NCBI GenBank assembly: GCA_000320545.1
Contig: ADNK01001892.1
Span: 15,730 to 79,729, forward strand
Direction: 5' to 3'
DNA length: 64,000 bases
DNA from: Bigelowiella natans CCMP2755
Taxonomy: Eukaryota > Protista > Cercozoa
Shown: positions 52,010-64,000 of the stretch, piece after piece
How positions within the stretch are numbered: position 1 is the stretch's first letter
How the letters are laid out: each line of letters opens with the position of its first letter
The notes under the pieces: model-generated
The model's database searches: none
Seen by the model: the letters and a program-made list of their open reading frames with translations, nothing else
Told to the model about the DNA's origin: nothing
Position numbers and translations under genes: made by a program

Positions 52010-52650
52010 TATAATCATCATTATAATCATCATTATAATCATCATTATCATCATCATCGTGGTGTCGTACTAGGTATGATCACTAGTATCACAACTCACT
52101 CTTTTTGCCTACTATTTATTCTTTTTGAAGGCATTATTAATTGCTCATATGTTTACCACATCTGATGCATTTGAGAGTTGAAAGGTGATCTTGTGGCGTT
52201 TCCATATCACCTTCTCTTCTTCTTGTTCTTCGTTATTAATAATATCTTGCTGTGGTGATGATAATGATAAATTGGTTTCTAGTGTTCTTGAAGGTAATAC
52301 TTTGCACTCAATCTCTATCGTAACCGTTGCCTGCCGATGCAATTACATATATAATAAATCACTACTACTACTACACACTTCTACTGCTACTATGTTCTGC
52401 TCCTCATCCATCCCTTAAAAGAAAGTCTGATCGAATGATCGAATGAAGGTCATCACGAGTCACTCGAAATTGCTGCTACTACTGCTGCTGCTGCTGCTAC
52501 TACTGCACCAATTGAATACATAATCAGTTCTTGATAGAGAGCTGCCAATACTTACTTACTACCTCTATATCTGGATTTGGAGTGATATGCCCCTGTTCTA
52601 CAATCCGGTACTGTACACCATCAGACAGCTTAAAAAGGCACCACCACGGT
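47002..52650 (-). CDS. FKBP-like domain plus TPR and ankyrin-repeat protein; multi-exon, 5' end unresolved
   Basis: YRIVEQGHITPNPD..TVTIEIECKV..ITFQL..VPQMLEYGIEPM..PVAGNDTILFNVKLLSF (FKBP-like). TPR-like segments: FYQKEMGNRFFNLG, NMGALCLKEDKFREAEKW, ALLFDGKNAKANYRMGIA, EAYKLDPSF. Ankyrin-like segment: GEFDILTYMIRYGAALD. Terminal exon is ORF 47002-47370. Confidence 0.65.
51191..51340. repeat. 40-bp duplication containing a splice acceptor (51191-51230 and 51301-51340)
   Basis: Two near-identical copies (2 mismatches), each followed by (AT)n. Confidence 0.9.
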
Positions 52651-53947
52651 CACCACCCGAAGAATCAGCCAACGATTGTTTTGTTTCATGTTATTATCGT
52701 CGTCACCAACATTTCCCATTACAACACCGTGTTTGAGTTGAGAGCAGCGTCAATGGTAAAGGGAGGGTATCGATGACGATCATGATGAATCCGAATATAG
52801 TGACGATGAGCGTGTCATAAATAAAGCACACCATCATTATCATCATCATCGTCATCATCATTATTAGAAACACAATTCATGAACAAGCCATCCTCTCAGT
52901 TTATAAAAATAAAGACGATGGATGAAGAAGTTATATCTTGATAATTATGCCAATAATGATGGTACGTGTGACTACAATTAAAACTGTGATGATACTGATG
53001 ATGATGGTTATAATATTTCCTCTTTGAAAGGTAACTACTGATATATACGTGCAGATCTGCTTTAAAGTTTGTGCTGAATCTTTATTCTTATTTGTATTCT
53101 AACTAGGAATTTTAAGCCTCTACCTCTCCCCTTCTTTGTATCTTGTGGAGGGTGATATCATACTCGATGACAAATTCTGGCTGCTTGCTACTGATAGTTA
53201 ATGAATCAATTTTGATCAATGAACGAATGAATGAAAACTATGATGATTTTTAATGACATCCTACTTATCTATATGCCTCCTACTGTAAGCAATTATAGTC
53301 TTACTTGAGCAGATCGTTGCTTGTCATATCGGAATATAGCCTATAAATTCATCATCTTAGAAACTACATAATACTACTACTACTACTACTACGAATCATA
53401 TGGCTTTTTCAGTATCCATTCATTGAAAACAATAAACTAAAATTTGTAGGGATAGTAGTCCCTCTTACTCTCTGTTAGAATGTTTCATCATTACATACAC
53501 TGATACGCACTTTTCGAAGTTTGTGATTTGAGGAGACCCTAAGTATGATTTCAATATTAACAATAATAAGCTGTGTTATAAAATTGTTGTGATGTAGTAG
53601 TAGTAGCAGTAGAGCAACGTATCATCCATCATTTTGATAAACATATTACTGTTTTGCTATATATCGTATTTCGTGGACCATTGTGTCATTTCCCCCTCTT
53701 CTTCTTCTTCTTCTAATCCAACTACTACCTAGCATTTGAGGATTATTAACTTTGACATATTTAGAATGTGAAGATACCCGAGCCACCTAGAGCATAACAC
53801 ATCAATAACGGTCCATAGTAAAAATCTTAATGATGACGATGACAACAAAATCATCTACTCTCTCGCATTGTCGTAACGCATATAATTCCATCATACAGTA
53901 GATATCATTAAATCCAACAGCAATAATACATCCTCAATATCACCATA

Positions 53948-53978
<31 letters not shown>

Positions 53979-54310
53979 CCACCAATCGATTATTATTATT
54001 TATTTATTAATGGAAAAGAAAAGAATTAATTAGTGAAGGAAAAGGTGCTACGAAGTAAATCAGCTACGGTACTGCCGTAACACCTCTTGAGTGAGCATTG
54101 TTGGAAGTGCTGAAACAATGTAGAACAAACATAATAATAGCAGGGATAGTAGTAGTGGATGCAGGTTGGCAGACGCACGAACCAGGGCAACTCGATGATT
54201 TCAAGGAAATGAATTAGAGTATTGTGTTACAATGACAAAGTAATGAAGAACAATAACAAGTACAAGAAGAAGAAGAAGAAAAAGGAAACTTTGCTGATGG
54301 TGTCATATGG

Positions 54311-55192
54311 TTAAAAAATGAGTTGGTACCATGGTGACGTATAAACATTGATGATAAGTTGCGTAACAAGAGGCCGATGGTGGATGATGACAACAAAGAG
54401 CCTACCTAACTTTATAGCGTCCACAGCTCCTGTTATGCTGCTGGTAGTGGCAGATGTTGATCCTCCACTTCCTTTAGATGATGACGATAATAATGACAAT
54501 GATATTGCATCACCACCACCTCCATCCTCACCTCCTCTCTTACTTTTGTCTTTATTCCCTAGTAATCCCTCGGCACAGGCATATTTCAAACGGCGGCTGT
54601 TTATTTAAAGGTGGTATCTATAAGATGACGACGTTGATGGTTATTAGGCGTAAACTCATATAAGGATGACACAAAATGATTTTATGTGGTGATATTATAT
54701 TTTCTCTGATATTAGTGATGAGAGTGATGAGAATGATGAGAATAATGAGAACAATTAATGGCGCAAAGCTTGGAACGAAGAACAACTGGTAAGCTTCCAA
54801 ACCCTACTTCTACTATTACTACTGCTATTATGTTACTAACATTATTGGTAATACTGTTATTACTCTAATTACTAGTGTTACCCAGAACAAACGACTTTGC
54901 GATTGATTCTTCCAACATAGCTGCAGGATGTGGTATATCAATGACGATGATGATGATATCATCATCATCATCATAGGCAAGCAAACAAATAGTACAAGAT
55001 TGGAGAAGGAGGAGGAAGAAAAGATAAGAAGAGACCAGTGGCCAAAATGACTCAATCAATTAAACACGAAAAGTATGACAACAAATGGCGACGATAAACA
55101 ATGACAACTACAATGGGTAATAAATATCGCATATAAGATGCCATTACTACTACTACTACAACTACTATGACTGATATTGCAACTACGACTCC

Positions 55193-55223
<31 letters not shown>

Positions 55224-55810
55224 CTTATGATGCATTCATCTTGACCCTGGGGCGTGTAGATTTGGGTTCTGCATAACCATAACAATAAGTAAGAACAAGT
55301 AGATTTTTTTGTTCTCCACTACCATAACAACTAACAAGGTAGGATGTTTTTCTGAATAATTGACAAACTCAATTGCAATTTTGACAAATGAGCAATACAA
55401 TGGAAGGAAAGGGATAAGGGTGAGGAGGAGGAGGAGGGTCATAAATGCTTTAAAGCAATTTCCTCATACCACCCCATATTCCCCCATATATAGCTGTACA
55501 CTCTACTTATTCCACTAGCTACAAAATGTGATAATAATACAACTACTGGTGTAACAACATGTTATGCTCCTGTAAAATCTGTTTTGTGAGACCGGGGGCT
55601 ATCGACTCCTATGACAAAAATATGAAGAAGAAGAAGAAGAAGAACAACGCAGTTAGGCGCTGCTCCACACATCAATCGTCTGTGTACATCAATTGTCTGT
55701 GATGATTTATATGAGACTTCTCTCTCCTTCTTTCTCTTGTGTTGTTGGAGTTTGTTCCTTAATGAGCTCTTAGATGAGCATCTTTCTCCCCCCCTTTCTT
55801 TCCCTCCCCC

Positions 55811-55854
<44 letters not shown>

Positions 55855-58800
55855 CCTCTCGACTCGACGATGTTCCTCCTCCTTATCGCATACTACACCA
55901 AGTATTTACTCTAGACACCATTACTATGAATATATGCTGCTGCTACTGCTACTACTACAGAGTGCTGCTTCTTCTACTACCTTTCTCAGGATTTTCATCA
56001 ACTCAACCGCGATCACAAAGCGACGCTTGCCTCTGCTGCTGCTCGTTACGTCATTTGTTCCCTTTTCGTCGCTATTGCCATTCTTCTGCTTTTATAGATA
56101 AAATAAGGAAGGAAGAGAGAAGTGTAAAACCATCAGGATTAATCCTCGTCGTCATTGTTCAAACAACAGTCTCATCTTATTATCAGAATCAATCCATAAA
56201 TACAATTCTTCTTGGCATCTGCTTTCATTTGATACTACTTACATTGTCATGTTCTTCTTCCTTGGTAATGACTTGGCTGTTGTTTTCATGATGATGCCCA
56301 TAATTTGGAGAATAATATCCGTATTCAGGCTCTATTGTGAAAATACTCACTTCGCCCTTTCACATACAGACACCGAACAAAGGGGGGGGGGGGGGGGGGG
56401 GGGGGGAAGAAGGGGAGAGGAAGCATGCATTAGTAAATAAAATTATCAAGCAAAATACACATAAAAATCCACCAAATGGCTTCCAACAGGCAAACAGTAT
56501 TAGGTTCTCATGCTGTAGTAGTAGTTGTAGTAGTTGTTGTAGTAGTTGTTGTTGATGTTAAATATGTAAGGAGTCATAGGAGTTGTTGGCCAATAAAGTG
56601 GATCATCACTGAGAAAGAGTGATACAACACATCTACTACGGATGGAAACTTACTTCTTCCATTGTTAGTAGCCCGATTTCCAATCCTTCGCAGCTCTATA
56701 AAGATAAAAGAGAACAACAAGAAGAAGAACAGACAATAGACAAAGAAGAAGGGGGATGAAACTATTTGTTGTACTATGTTTCCAGATTTATTATTTGTAG
56801 TGAGTGGTAGGTAGCACCGACAGATGTTGGCCATAGAGTGTTTATTATCATCATCATTCCTATAAGCATATCCTTTCAGCAGTAGTTTCTTCAACTAATA
56901 CTATATCTATGCATCTATTTGATAATAGTAAGTAGAAACTACAAGAATCGATCTTATTCCCAGAGGTATTGTTAGGCTTTGGAAGTCAGTATATCTTCCT
57001 CTTGCACCTTAACAGAAGAAGAGAAGAATAATTGTATCGCATCAATTTTGATACAACTCTCCAACAAGCAGCAGCTCCTCTATTCCCTCCTCCTCCTAAC
57101 CGTAGATTTGGCTATTATAACTCACTGAAGTAGGGATCTCCATCTTCAAATCTTGCTTCAAGTGCCACAACGACAGAGTCGCCTTTCTGAAGGTCGTTTT
57201 CATCAAGTAGTTGTTTGGATATTATGATCAGCATCATCATCACTAGTACGATACCATCTTTAGTAGTAGTACTAGTAGTAGTAGTAGTAGTTGTAGTAGT
57301 AGTGGCAGTAGTATATTTAGTAAGGCTGCTGATCCTGGGGGGGGGGGGGGGGGGGGAGGTTATGACGTATGGAAGAGTCTCCAGGAAGATATACACAGCA
57401 ATGAGGATATATGAATGGGTGGGTAAGAAAATATGAGAAGATGATTACTTCACTCCCAAGCCGCCGCCACAAAAGATAGATTGATTATTCTGCAATCATT
57501 TATCAAATATTCCTCTTCTTGTTCTTCTTCTCGTTCCTACTCGTAGTACTATTACTACGTCTACAACAACTACCTTTGCGAATTCAAAGTTGCCAAGACC
57601 CCTTCGCTTTTGGATTTTTAAGACCCCTGAAGAGAAGTGAAGAGAGAAGGAAGAATATATGTTAATGGCCTCGTGCTAAGAACAGCATTTGTGGTGGTGG
57701 TAGTGGTGGTGGTGGGGATGGTGGGGATGGTGGGGATGGTGATGATAATGATGATAATGATAACAATCTTGTTGTTGTTGTTGTGATTGCAGTGGATCAT
57801 ATCACTTGTGCGGCGGTGTAGTGACAGTAGTAGTCGTCAACATATACATATCCTGTGCGGTGTAGTGACAGTAGCATCGTACAACACAGATACATACATA
57901 CATACATATTTACATACATACCCCGATCGGATGTCAGGTAATACGACCTCAGGAGATCCTCTTGCGTTATCATAAAATACTTATCTTCAAGCCTGAACAA
58001 CAACAACAACAACAACAAAAACAAGAAGAAGAAAAATAAGAAGAGAAAGAAGAAGAGATGGGCAAACCGTTGTGGATCATGTAACATAATCGTCCTCTTC
58101 ATAGTCATCATAAGAACGACTATCATACCGAGTACGATCATAATTGCTGGGTAGTACCATCAATATAAAACTAGCACTGAAAGGGAGGGCTGTGTGCGAA
58201 ATTTGCTGGTAGTAAAGAGACGTACGTTTGTTGCTAATCGTTGAAAATTATTCAATGTACATTCAAATTATTATTACCTCGATTTTGCTCGATTTTTTGC
58301 TGCTAGTTCTGCAGCCTATGGAAGAATGTTGCAAAACAAAAATAATAGAGTAAGAACTATAGAAGAATGTTGCAAAACAAAAATAATAGAGTAGGAACTA
58401 TGGAAGAATGGTGCAAAATAAAAATAATAGAGTAGGAACCATGGAAGAATGGTGCAAAACAAAAATAATAGAGAAGGAACTACTAGTGAGCTATCAGTAC
58501 CAACAACGAATCTTGAGAGTAATAGTTGAACGTGGTCATTGTATAAAATAGAGATTGTCGTAACGGCAAACGACACGCAACACCACCCACCTTGATAGTC
58601 GTTCTGTCTACCCGTTTGTCAGGAGGATCTCTGATTTCCTATGTGTCAGTAGTAGGGAAAAAAGAAAGAAGACAGACAGACAGTGACAACATACGGCTGA
58701 TGCGGAAGAATATATGTTAATGATAATACGGCTACAATTGTATGCTATCTTGTCTTATTCCCTCCTCCTTCTCTCTCCTTCTCTGGTTTGGAAACAGCAC

Positions 58801-59476
58801 CGCATATCAATATGCCTCCTCGCCTCTGAACAACAGGAAAGCTAGCCCTGCTACAGCAACTCACCTCAAGAATTTTTTGTCGCTCATCGGCGGAGTTTTC
58901 GTCCGATGGTGGAGGTGACAAGGTGGACGCGCCATCTAGTTATTGTTTATTTAAGAAAAACACATCAACTGATGATGTGCTGAAAGCGAGATGTAGTCAA
59001 GGAAGTTTAACCCTCCTGCTCGCTGGAGAGAGGATCCTCACCCTTTTTAGATAATAACGATGATGATCCTATGTAGCAGCAGCAACAATAGCAACAACAA
59101 CAACAACAACACACACACACACACAAACGCCCGTATAATCCATCGGTATCAACACCTCAAATTATAGAGCAAGGTACCACCGCTAAGCTGGTTTACTCGC
59201 AAGATCCTAGACATAGCATTATTATTTGGTGATTGAGCGATATCTTGAGAGTAGTAATCTTTGGATGCTGCCTCGCTCCATAATAACCCTGATTAATTAT
59301 TTAGCCAATAGTCGTCTGACTTACTTACTTCTTCTTACATTGCAAGGATTATAAAACACCACCATACTTATAAAAATTGCAGCGAGAAGAAGACTTCGAA
59401 TTGCGCCCATGATCAGCTCTAATCTGCACTTCCCCACACATTTTCTCCTCGATGCCAAGCGCAGCCGAGCCACCAT
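54311..59476 (-). CDS. Hypothetical multi-exon protein with N-terminal hydrophobic leader and a possible OB-fold-like segment
   Basis: First exon MVARLRLASRRKCVGKCRLELIMGAIRSLLLAAIFISMVVFYNPCN ends at a gtaag donor. Later GT-AG exons include DGASTLSPPPSDENSADERQKILE, GLKIQKRRGLGNFEFAK, DLQKGDSVVVALEARFEDG and RRFVIAVELMKILRK. The 3' boundary with the FKBP/TPR gene is uncertain. Confidence 0.45.
58316..58479. repeat. Intronic minisatellite, 4 x 41 bp, progressively diverging
   Basis: Unit approximately CTATGGAAGAATGTTGCAAAACAAAAATAATAGAGTAGGAA at 58316, 58357, 58398 and 58439. Confidence 0.93.
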
Positions 59477-60459
59477 CGTGATTTATACTACTAGCTGCTG
59501 CTGCTGCTGCTTGGCAATCGATCGATCGGTCGATAGATAGTATTTATCTCCTGACAACCACGAACCAGGCACATGATGCGTCAGTTATTAACATGCGACA
59601 TTGATAATATAAGCAAAAAATAAGAATTTGATAATAATTAATTTGTCGCCTGCTGCTCCAATTGGGAATGCTGTTTTTTGTGTTGTCGTTGTTGTTGTCA
59701 CCGCTGAATTCATTATCAATCATGTTTTAAGGCAGCAATTATCGAAACATTCTGCTTTCGAGGGGATTGAAATTGGGCGTTGTCATTATTTTCGTATCGT
59801 CGTTGTTCCATTAAAACAACGATGAGGTGCATCACGGCTCGTGCTCGTAGTGTTTATTAGACCCTGCTGTAACAAACCCCAGAGCAAATGTGAAAATGTA
59901 CAAAAAGTAAGAGATTGATGCCGAAGTTCCGCACATTTCCGTACTCATTGTCACTGGGAGTAATTTTCCTGAGAAAGCCTTTAGATACCATGTCGCTAAC
60001 CCTAATTCCCACCAAATCCTCTATTGAGAATTCCGGCACATTTTTGGTTGGATGCACCCTCGAAACTCTCTTGTATTGGAGCAAGATTTGTGTTTGTCGG
60101 GTACACCTCAAAGCAAAGTTCAACATACTGTCATCAAACAACAATTTTTAGAAGTTCCAGTACTTTTTAAGGGAAAACGCCATGGATTTTGTACCAGTAA
60201 TAACGGTACTATCATTTCTCTTTTCAGACTCCGCATCAAGTCCACATGCGCAAAAAAACACCCGCTCGCCCCGGTTTTGACCGTTTTCCCCGATTTAGAG
60301 TAAATAGATGTTCTAAAATTAATTAGATGATGGTCAAATGATGTCGCAGAAAAAAAACAGGTGAATCGGATAAATGAAGCGGAACTAAATTTAAATCTTA
60401 TTTCACTCAAAAAAAGATACTCCTTCTCACTTCTCACAAACCCAAAGCACACCCTAAGC

Positions 60460-61901
60460 ATGTTGCGGTACCTTCCTCCTCCCCTCCCACTTCCTCAGCT
60501 AACAGACTGTGTGTTGTGTTATTAGATCCGTCATTCAACGTTTTTCTCGCCGTAATCTCACCGGAATTACACGCTCTATGTCGTCAAAGCGTGCGATCGG
60601 TGACGATGAATGCTTTGTTATCACTGGCGGTGGATCCGGTATTGGACAAGCCGCTTCCATGGACCTCCTTCGCCGTGGAGTCACTGTAAAGCAACAGATG
60701 CATTTATTCATCGATGTAATTTTTCTTGCCTGAATAACTCTTACGGGTGGTTTTTTTCGTAGCTTGTTGTGATGGGACCAATCCAGAAAGAACTCGACGA
60801 CACCATGGCTCTCGCAAAGAGCGAGGACGTGAAGGTGATTCAAATCCGGAATGACAAATAAATCTTCCTCTTCCTGATGAAAATGTAAAAAATTATAGGG
60901 AGAAATGATTCCAGTTCTTGCAGATATCCGCGAGGATTCTGGGCGAAAAGCTGTAGCTGACGCAGTGAAGTCCACCGGAAAGGATCTTCGTGTTCTTATC
61001 CACAATGCTGGTGTAAATACCCCTTGCAAGAAGATGATGGATCTTTCTCCAGCTGAATGGGATCGGGTAACATAGCCACTATGCTATTTCGTTCTCCTAC
61101 TTCCTCATTTTGCACTTGTCTCATATTTATTTTTTCGTCCTCTCTGTGTCGATCATAGGTTATGAACATCAACATGAACGGTCCTCTCTACCTCACTCAA
61201 GAGCTATACCCACTCTTTGGAAAGGCTGACACCGATAAGAACCGTATTCTCATGCTCTCTACAATTGCAAAGGCTTGTACGGGTCTACCAAAGTAAGCAG
61301 CATATTTAGCCAGTACTCTCCCACCACACCCCATAATCATGAGGATTATTATTTGTCATATCATACAATTAGCTACGGTCCTTACTGTGTTTCCAAGCTT
61401 GGAGCATACGGTATTGCACTGATGTTGAAGGAGGAACTTCCCGAGGGATCTACTCCAGTGTACACCTCCACTCTTGTGCCCGGAGAAGTGAACACAGAGA
61501 TGCAAAAACAGACAGCTTACAGCAGCTCCTCTGGATTCCCAGAGCATCTTGTCAAGCATTGGCGCATGCTTCATGAAACTAACCAGCTTCTTCCTCCTGC
61601 TGTTCCTGGAGCTTTCATCTCCTTTGTCACCTGCGATACGGTAAAATAATAATGATAATGATATTAGTATTTGAGACCAGCACCCTTTTGCCATTGAGTG
61701 GGGTGGGGTGTAGGGTTGGAATAGAGTGTGCTGCTGTTTGATTCTAATAATCTAAAATATGTTAATACACAGACTCCTCAAGAATATCTTGACAATGAGT
61801 GGTTCGTCTACGATGACTGGCACCATGAAAGGTGGGCTCAGGGATTTGCGGCTGATGGTGTGGAAATCAAGGAGCCTGTTGGCCTGTTCGGGGACCATTA
61901 G
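60460..61901 (+). CDS. Short-chain dehydrogenase/reductase (sepiapterin/benzil reductase-like) with probable mitochondrial presequence; 7 exons
   Basis: Exons 60460-60467, 60526-60685, 60763-60834, 60899-61066, 61159-61292, 61373-61640 and 61773-61901 join in phase. Motifs: TGGGSGIG, HNAG, YCVSK, PGEVNTEMQ. N-terminus MLRSVIQRFSRRNLTGITRS is Arg/Ser-rich with no acidic residues. Confidence 0.9.
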
Positions 61902-61949
61902 ATTAGCTATTTAGTTCTGAATCACCATGTTGGATTCATACCAGCAAGC

Positions 61950-63130
61950 AGTGCACCAGTGTTGCATGGAAAATGTGATCTAAATTCCCTACATTGCATT
62001 TTCTCCCAGCGTCTTGAATCGAAAACGGAACCCTAATTGATTGCTCTGCTGGGCGCGCGCCTAGCGTAGGTGGCACGGCAAATGACATCGTTTGCCTGTG
62101 AGTGTTGTTGCGTTTGTGATTGTGCATGTAACACACCAGTGCACGCATAGCTAGCAGCTACCGGTCTAGCGGTGTGGTGTGCGTGCCCGCCACTCTGTTT
62201 GCGCTGTCATGCGTGTGCCTAGCTAGCTAGATGCATCTCTAGATCTAGAGATCAACACGCAGCATCAAAGCAGGCAACCGTGCAGATGTGTGTGCATGCA
62301 AATGCAAGGAATGATGCACGTCTAGCTAGCTAGCTTGCAAGCTAGCAAGCTCCAGAGCTAACAAGCTGCACGTGCGCCTACGTGGCATGCTAGCATGGCT
62401 AGTAGGTCTAGAGGTGCAGGCGCTTGCGATGTTTGTTGTTGCATTCTGCATTGCATTCTAGCATTGCTTGCATTCCGCTAGCCACATGTGGAACTTTGGC
62501 ACTGCCATGGACTGCATGCTAGCATGAACATGGATGCACGCACTGTGTCCAGATTTCAACATCACTTGAGCAAGCCAGCTAGCCGCCGCTAGCTCCAGAG
62601 CTTTTTCCACACCACAGTGTAGCCATGGTGCTATGTCGCTAGCTCCAGAGCACAATCAGTGTGCTGCGGGCGTAGCCACCGCAGCTAATCTAGAGCTTTG
62701 GCTAGCAGCGCTGCCGTAGCTGCATGAATGGCTAGCTCGCCAGTGCATGTGTGCACACGAATGCATGAAACATGCATGCTAGCCAGGCCTGCAGCTACGT
62801 GCATGCACATGTCCCGCATGCATGCATGTCTACAAATGTGCGCTGTCTGGACTGCTATGTGCTAGTACAGTCTGTCACCTAGTGCGACGTACAACATCAA
62901 TTCGCAAACAGACGACATGGAATCTGGAGAATTGATGAATTATGCGAAAGTGACATGCTAGCATGTAACAGCTACATGAGGATGACAATTGAACAAATTT
63001 AGTTCATTAATCACATCCATCTTGCAACTACCGTAACAATTAACAATTAAGATTTTGCATTTTATTAGAGTCAAATGACACAAATGAAAAGCGCGCTAGC
63101 AAAACTAGAAAAGCCATACGATGATCGATC
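61950..63130. repeat. TpA-depleted, CTAG-rich island 5
   Basis: Most TA in 62040-62460 are in CTAG, the rest almost all in CTA[AC] or [AG]TAG; recurrent motif GCTAGCTCCAGAGC. Confidence 0.75.
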
Positions 63131-63337
63131 GATCTAGCGCAGCCTAAATTAGTTTTTATCATTTGACTTCTTGAAGGAACGCGCAACTACACTATGCCAT
63201 CTATTACCCTGTTACTATTGCGTTCAGAAGGTAATCGAATTCATCAGTTGGAACCTGCAAAAGTGCGAATGATTTGATTCTTCTTAGAACACTGCTGCTG
63301 TGTGGCAGTATTTATGTCATATTTGAGACATTTGGAT

Positions 63338-63399
<62 letters not shown>

Positions 63400-63608
63400 G
63401 TGTTTATTTGTCTATACATGTGTGGTGCTAAAGTGGACATAAAATGATGTGTTTATTGTTCAAGCTGCTTGCCTCCTCAACAAATTGGCACGGAAGGCCT
63501 AAGAATGATAGTAATTATAAATGATGATATGATGCTGCTCAACAATAAAAAAATACCAAAACAGATGCATAGGAGAGGTTAGGATTCAATCACGCTGCTG
63601 CTGCAAAA

Positions 63609-63821
63609 CTATTCAATTTTATCGGGGGAAATTCTATTATAAAGCTGCCAGTCTTCTATCGTGTTATAATACCATGCTACATTGTTTGTATATTGTTCTA
63701 GGATGTATTATGTTTGTTGTTTGAAAATTGAATTTATAAATGATGATTCATCTAGATCATTTCGAATGATATATTGACCACCTATTCCAAGCAAGTTAGG
63801 CATCTTGAGATCTTTCTGCAC

Positions 63822-63856
<35 letters not shown>

Positions 63857-64000
63857 GCGCGCGTGCGAGTGCAATATGAAATATATTATTAGTGTACTGG
63901 GAAGAATTATTCACAGCAGGAAGCACCTTTTGACGCACATCTCTCAGCTTCGAGAAAAATCGATCATAATATCTGAATATGAAGGAGCGCACACACACAC
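63609..64000 (-). CDS. 3' exons of a gene entering from the right edge; product unknown
   Basis: Exon-like segments YYDRFFSKLRDVRQKVLPAVNNSSQY, KDLKMPNLLGIGGQYIIRNDLDESSF and AWYYNTIEDWQLYNRISPDKIE*, with stop at 63609-63611. Confidence 0.45.

Noticed and set aside
85-59825. Numerous short homopolymer-rich ORFs (poly-S/L/V/I/Y/T) in the ORF track
   Set aside because: They are translations of intronic microsatellites.
59857-60461. Minus-strand ORFs upstream of the SDR
   Set aside because: No motif and no consistent splice pattern; probably the divergent promoter region.

Overview
Eukaryotic nuclear DNA in the standard genetic code: AT-rich, very intron-dense, with most introns filled by microsatellites. 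A protist is likely (Rhizaria/chlorarachniophyte-like is my inference, not shown). Genes assembled by hand from micro-exons, left to right: WDR7/rabconnectin-3beta-like (-, partial); ALDH22/MSC7-type aldehyde dehydrogenase (-, about 27 exons); a small Cys-rich TAXIMIN-like membrane peptide (+); a degraded ORF region with a perfect 6x54-bp repeat; dolichol kinase (+); a class C GPCR with an OpuAC/glycine-betaine-type binding domain (-); a hypothetical gene (+); a CaMK1-like kinase with an intron-free CDS (+); an FKBP-like/TPR/ankyrin protein (-); a hypothetical leader-bearing gene (-); an SDR oxidoreductase (+); and a partial gene at the right edge. The most striking signal is five GC-balanced intergenic islands (about 6.8-8.4, 18.2-20.0, 43.3-44.6, 46.3-46.9 and 62.0-63.1 kb) from which TpA has been almost erased while CpG stays abundant. 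One 1.2-kb stretch has no TpA at all, and surviving TpA sits mainly in CTAG. This pattern fits a regional, context-specific A-to-G (TA to TG/CA) hypermutation of repeated DNA, opposite in direction to fungal RIP. All counts were made by eye and need computational confirmation.
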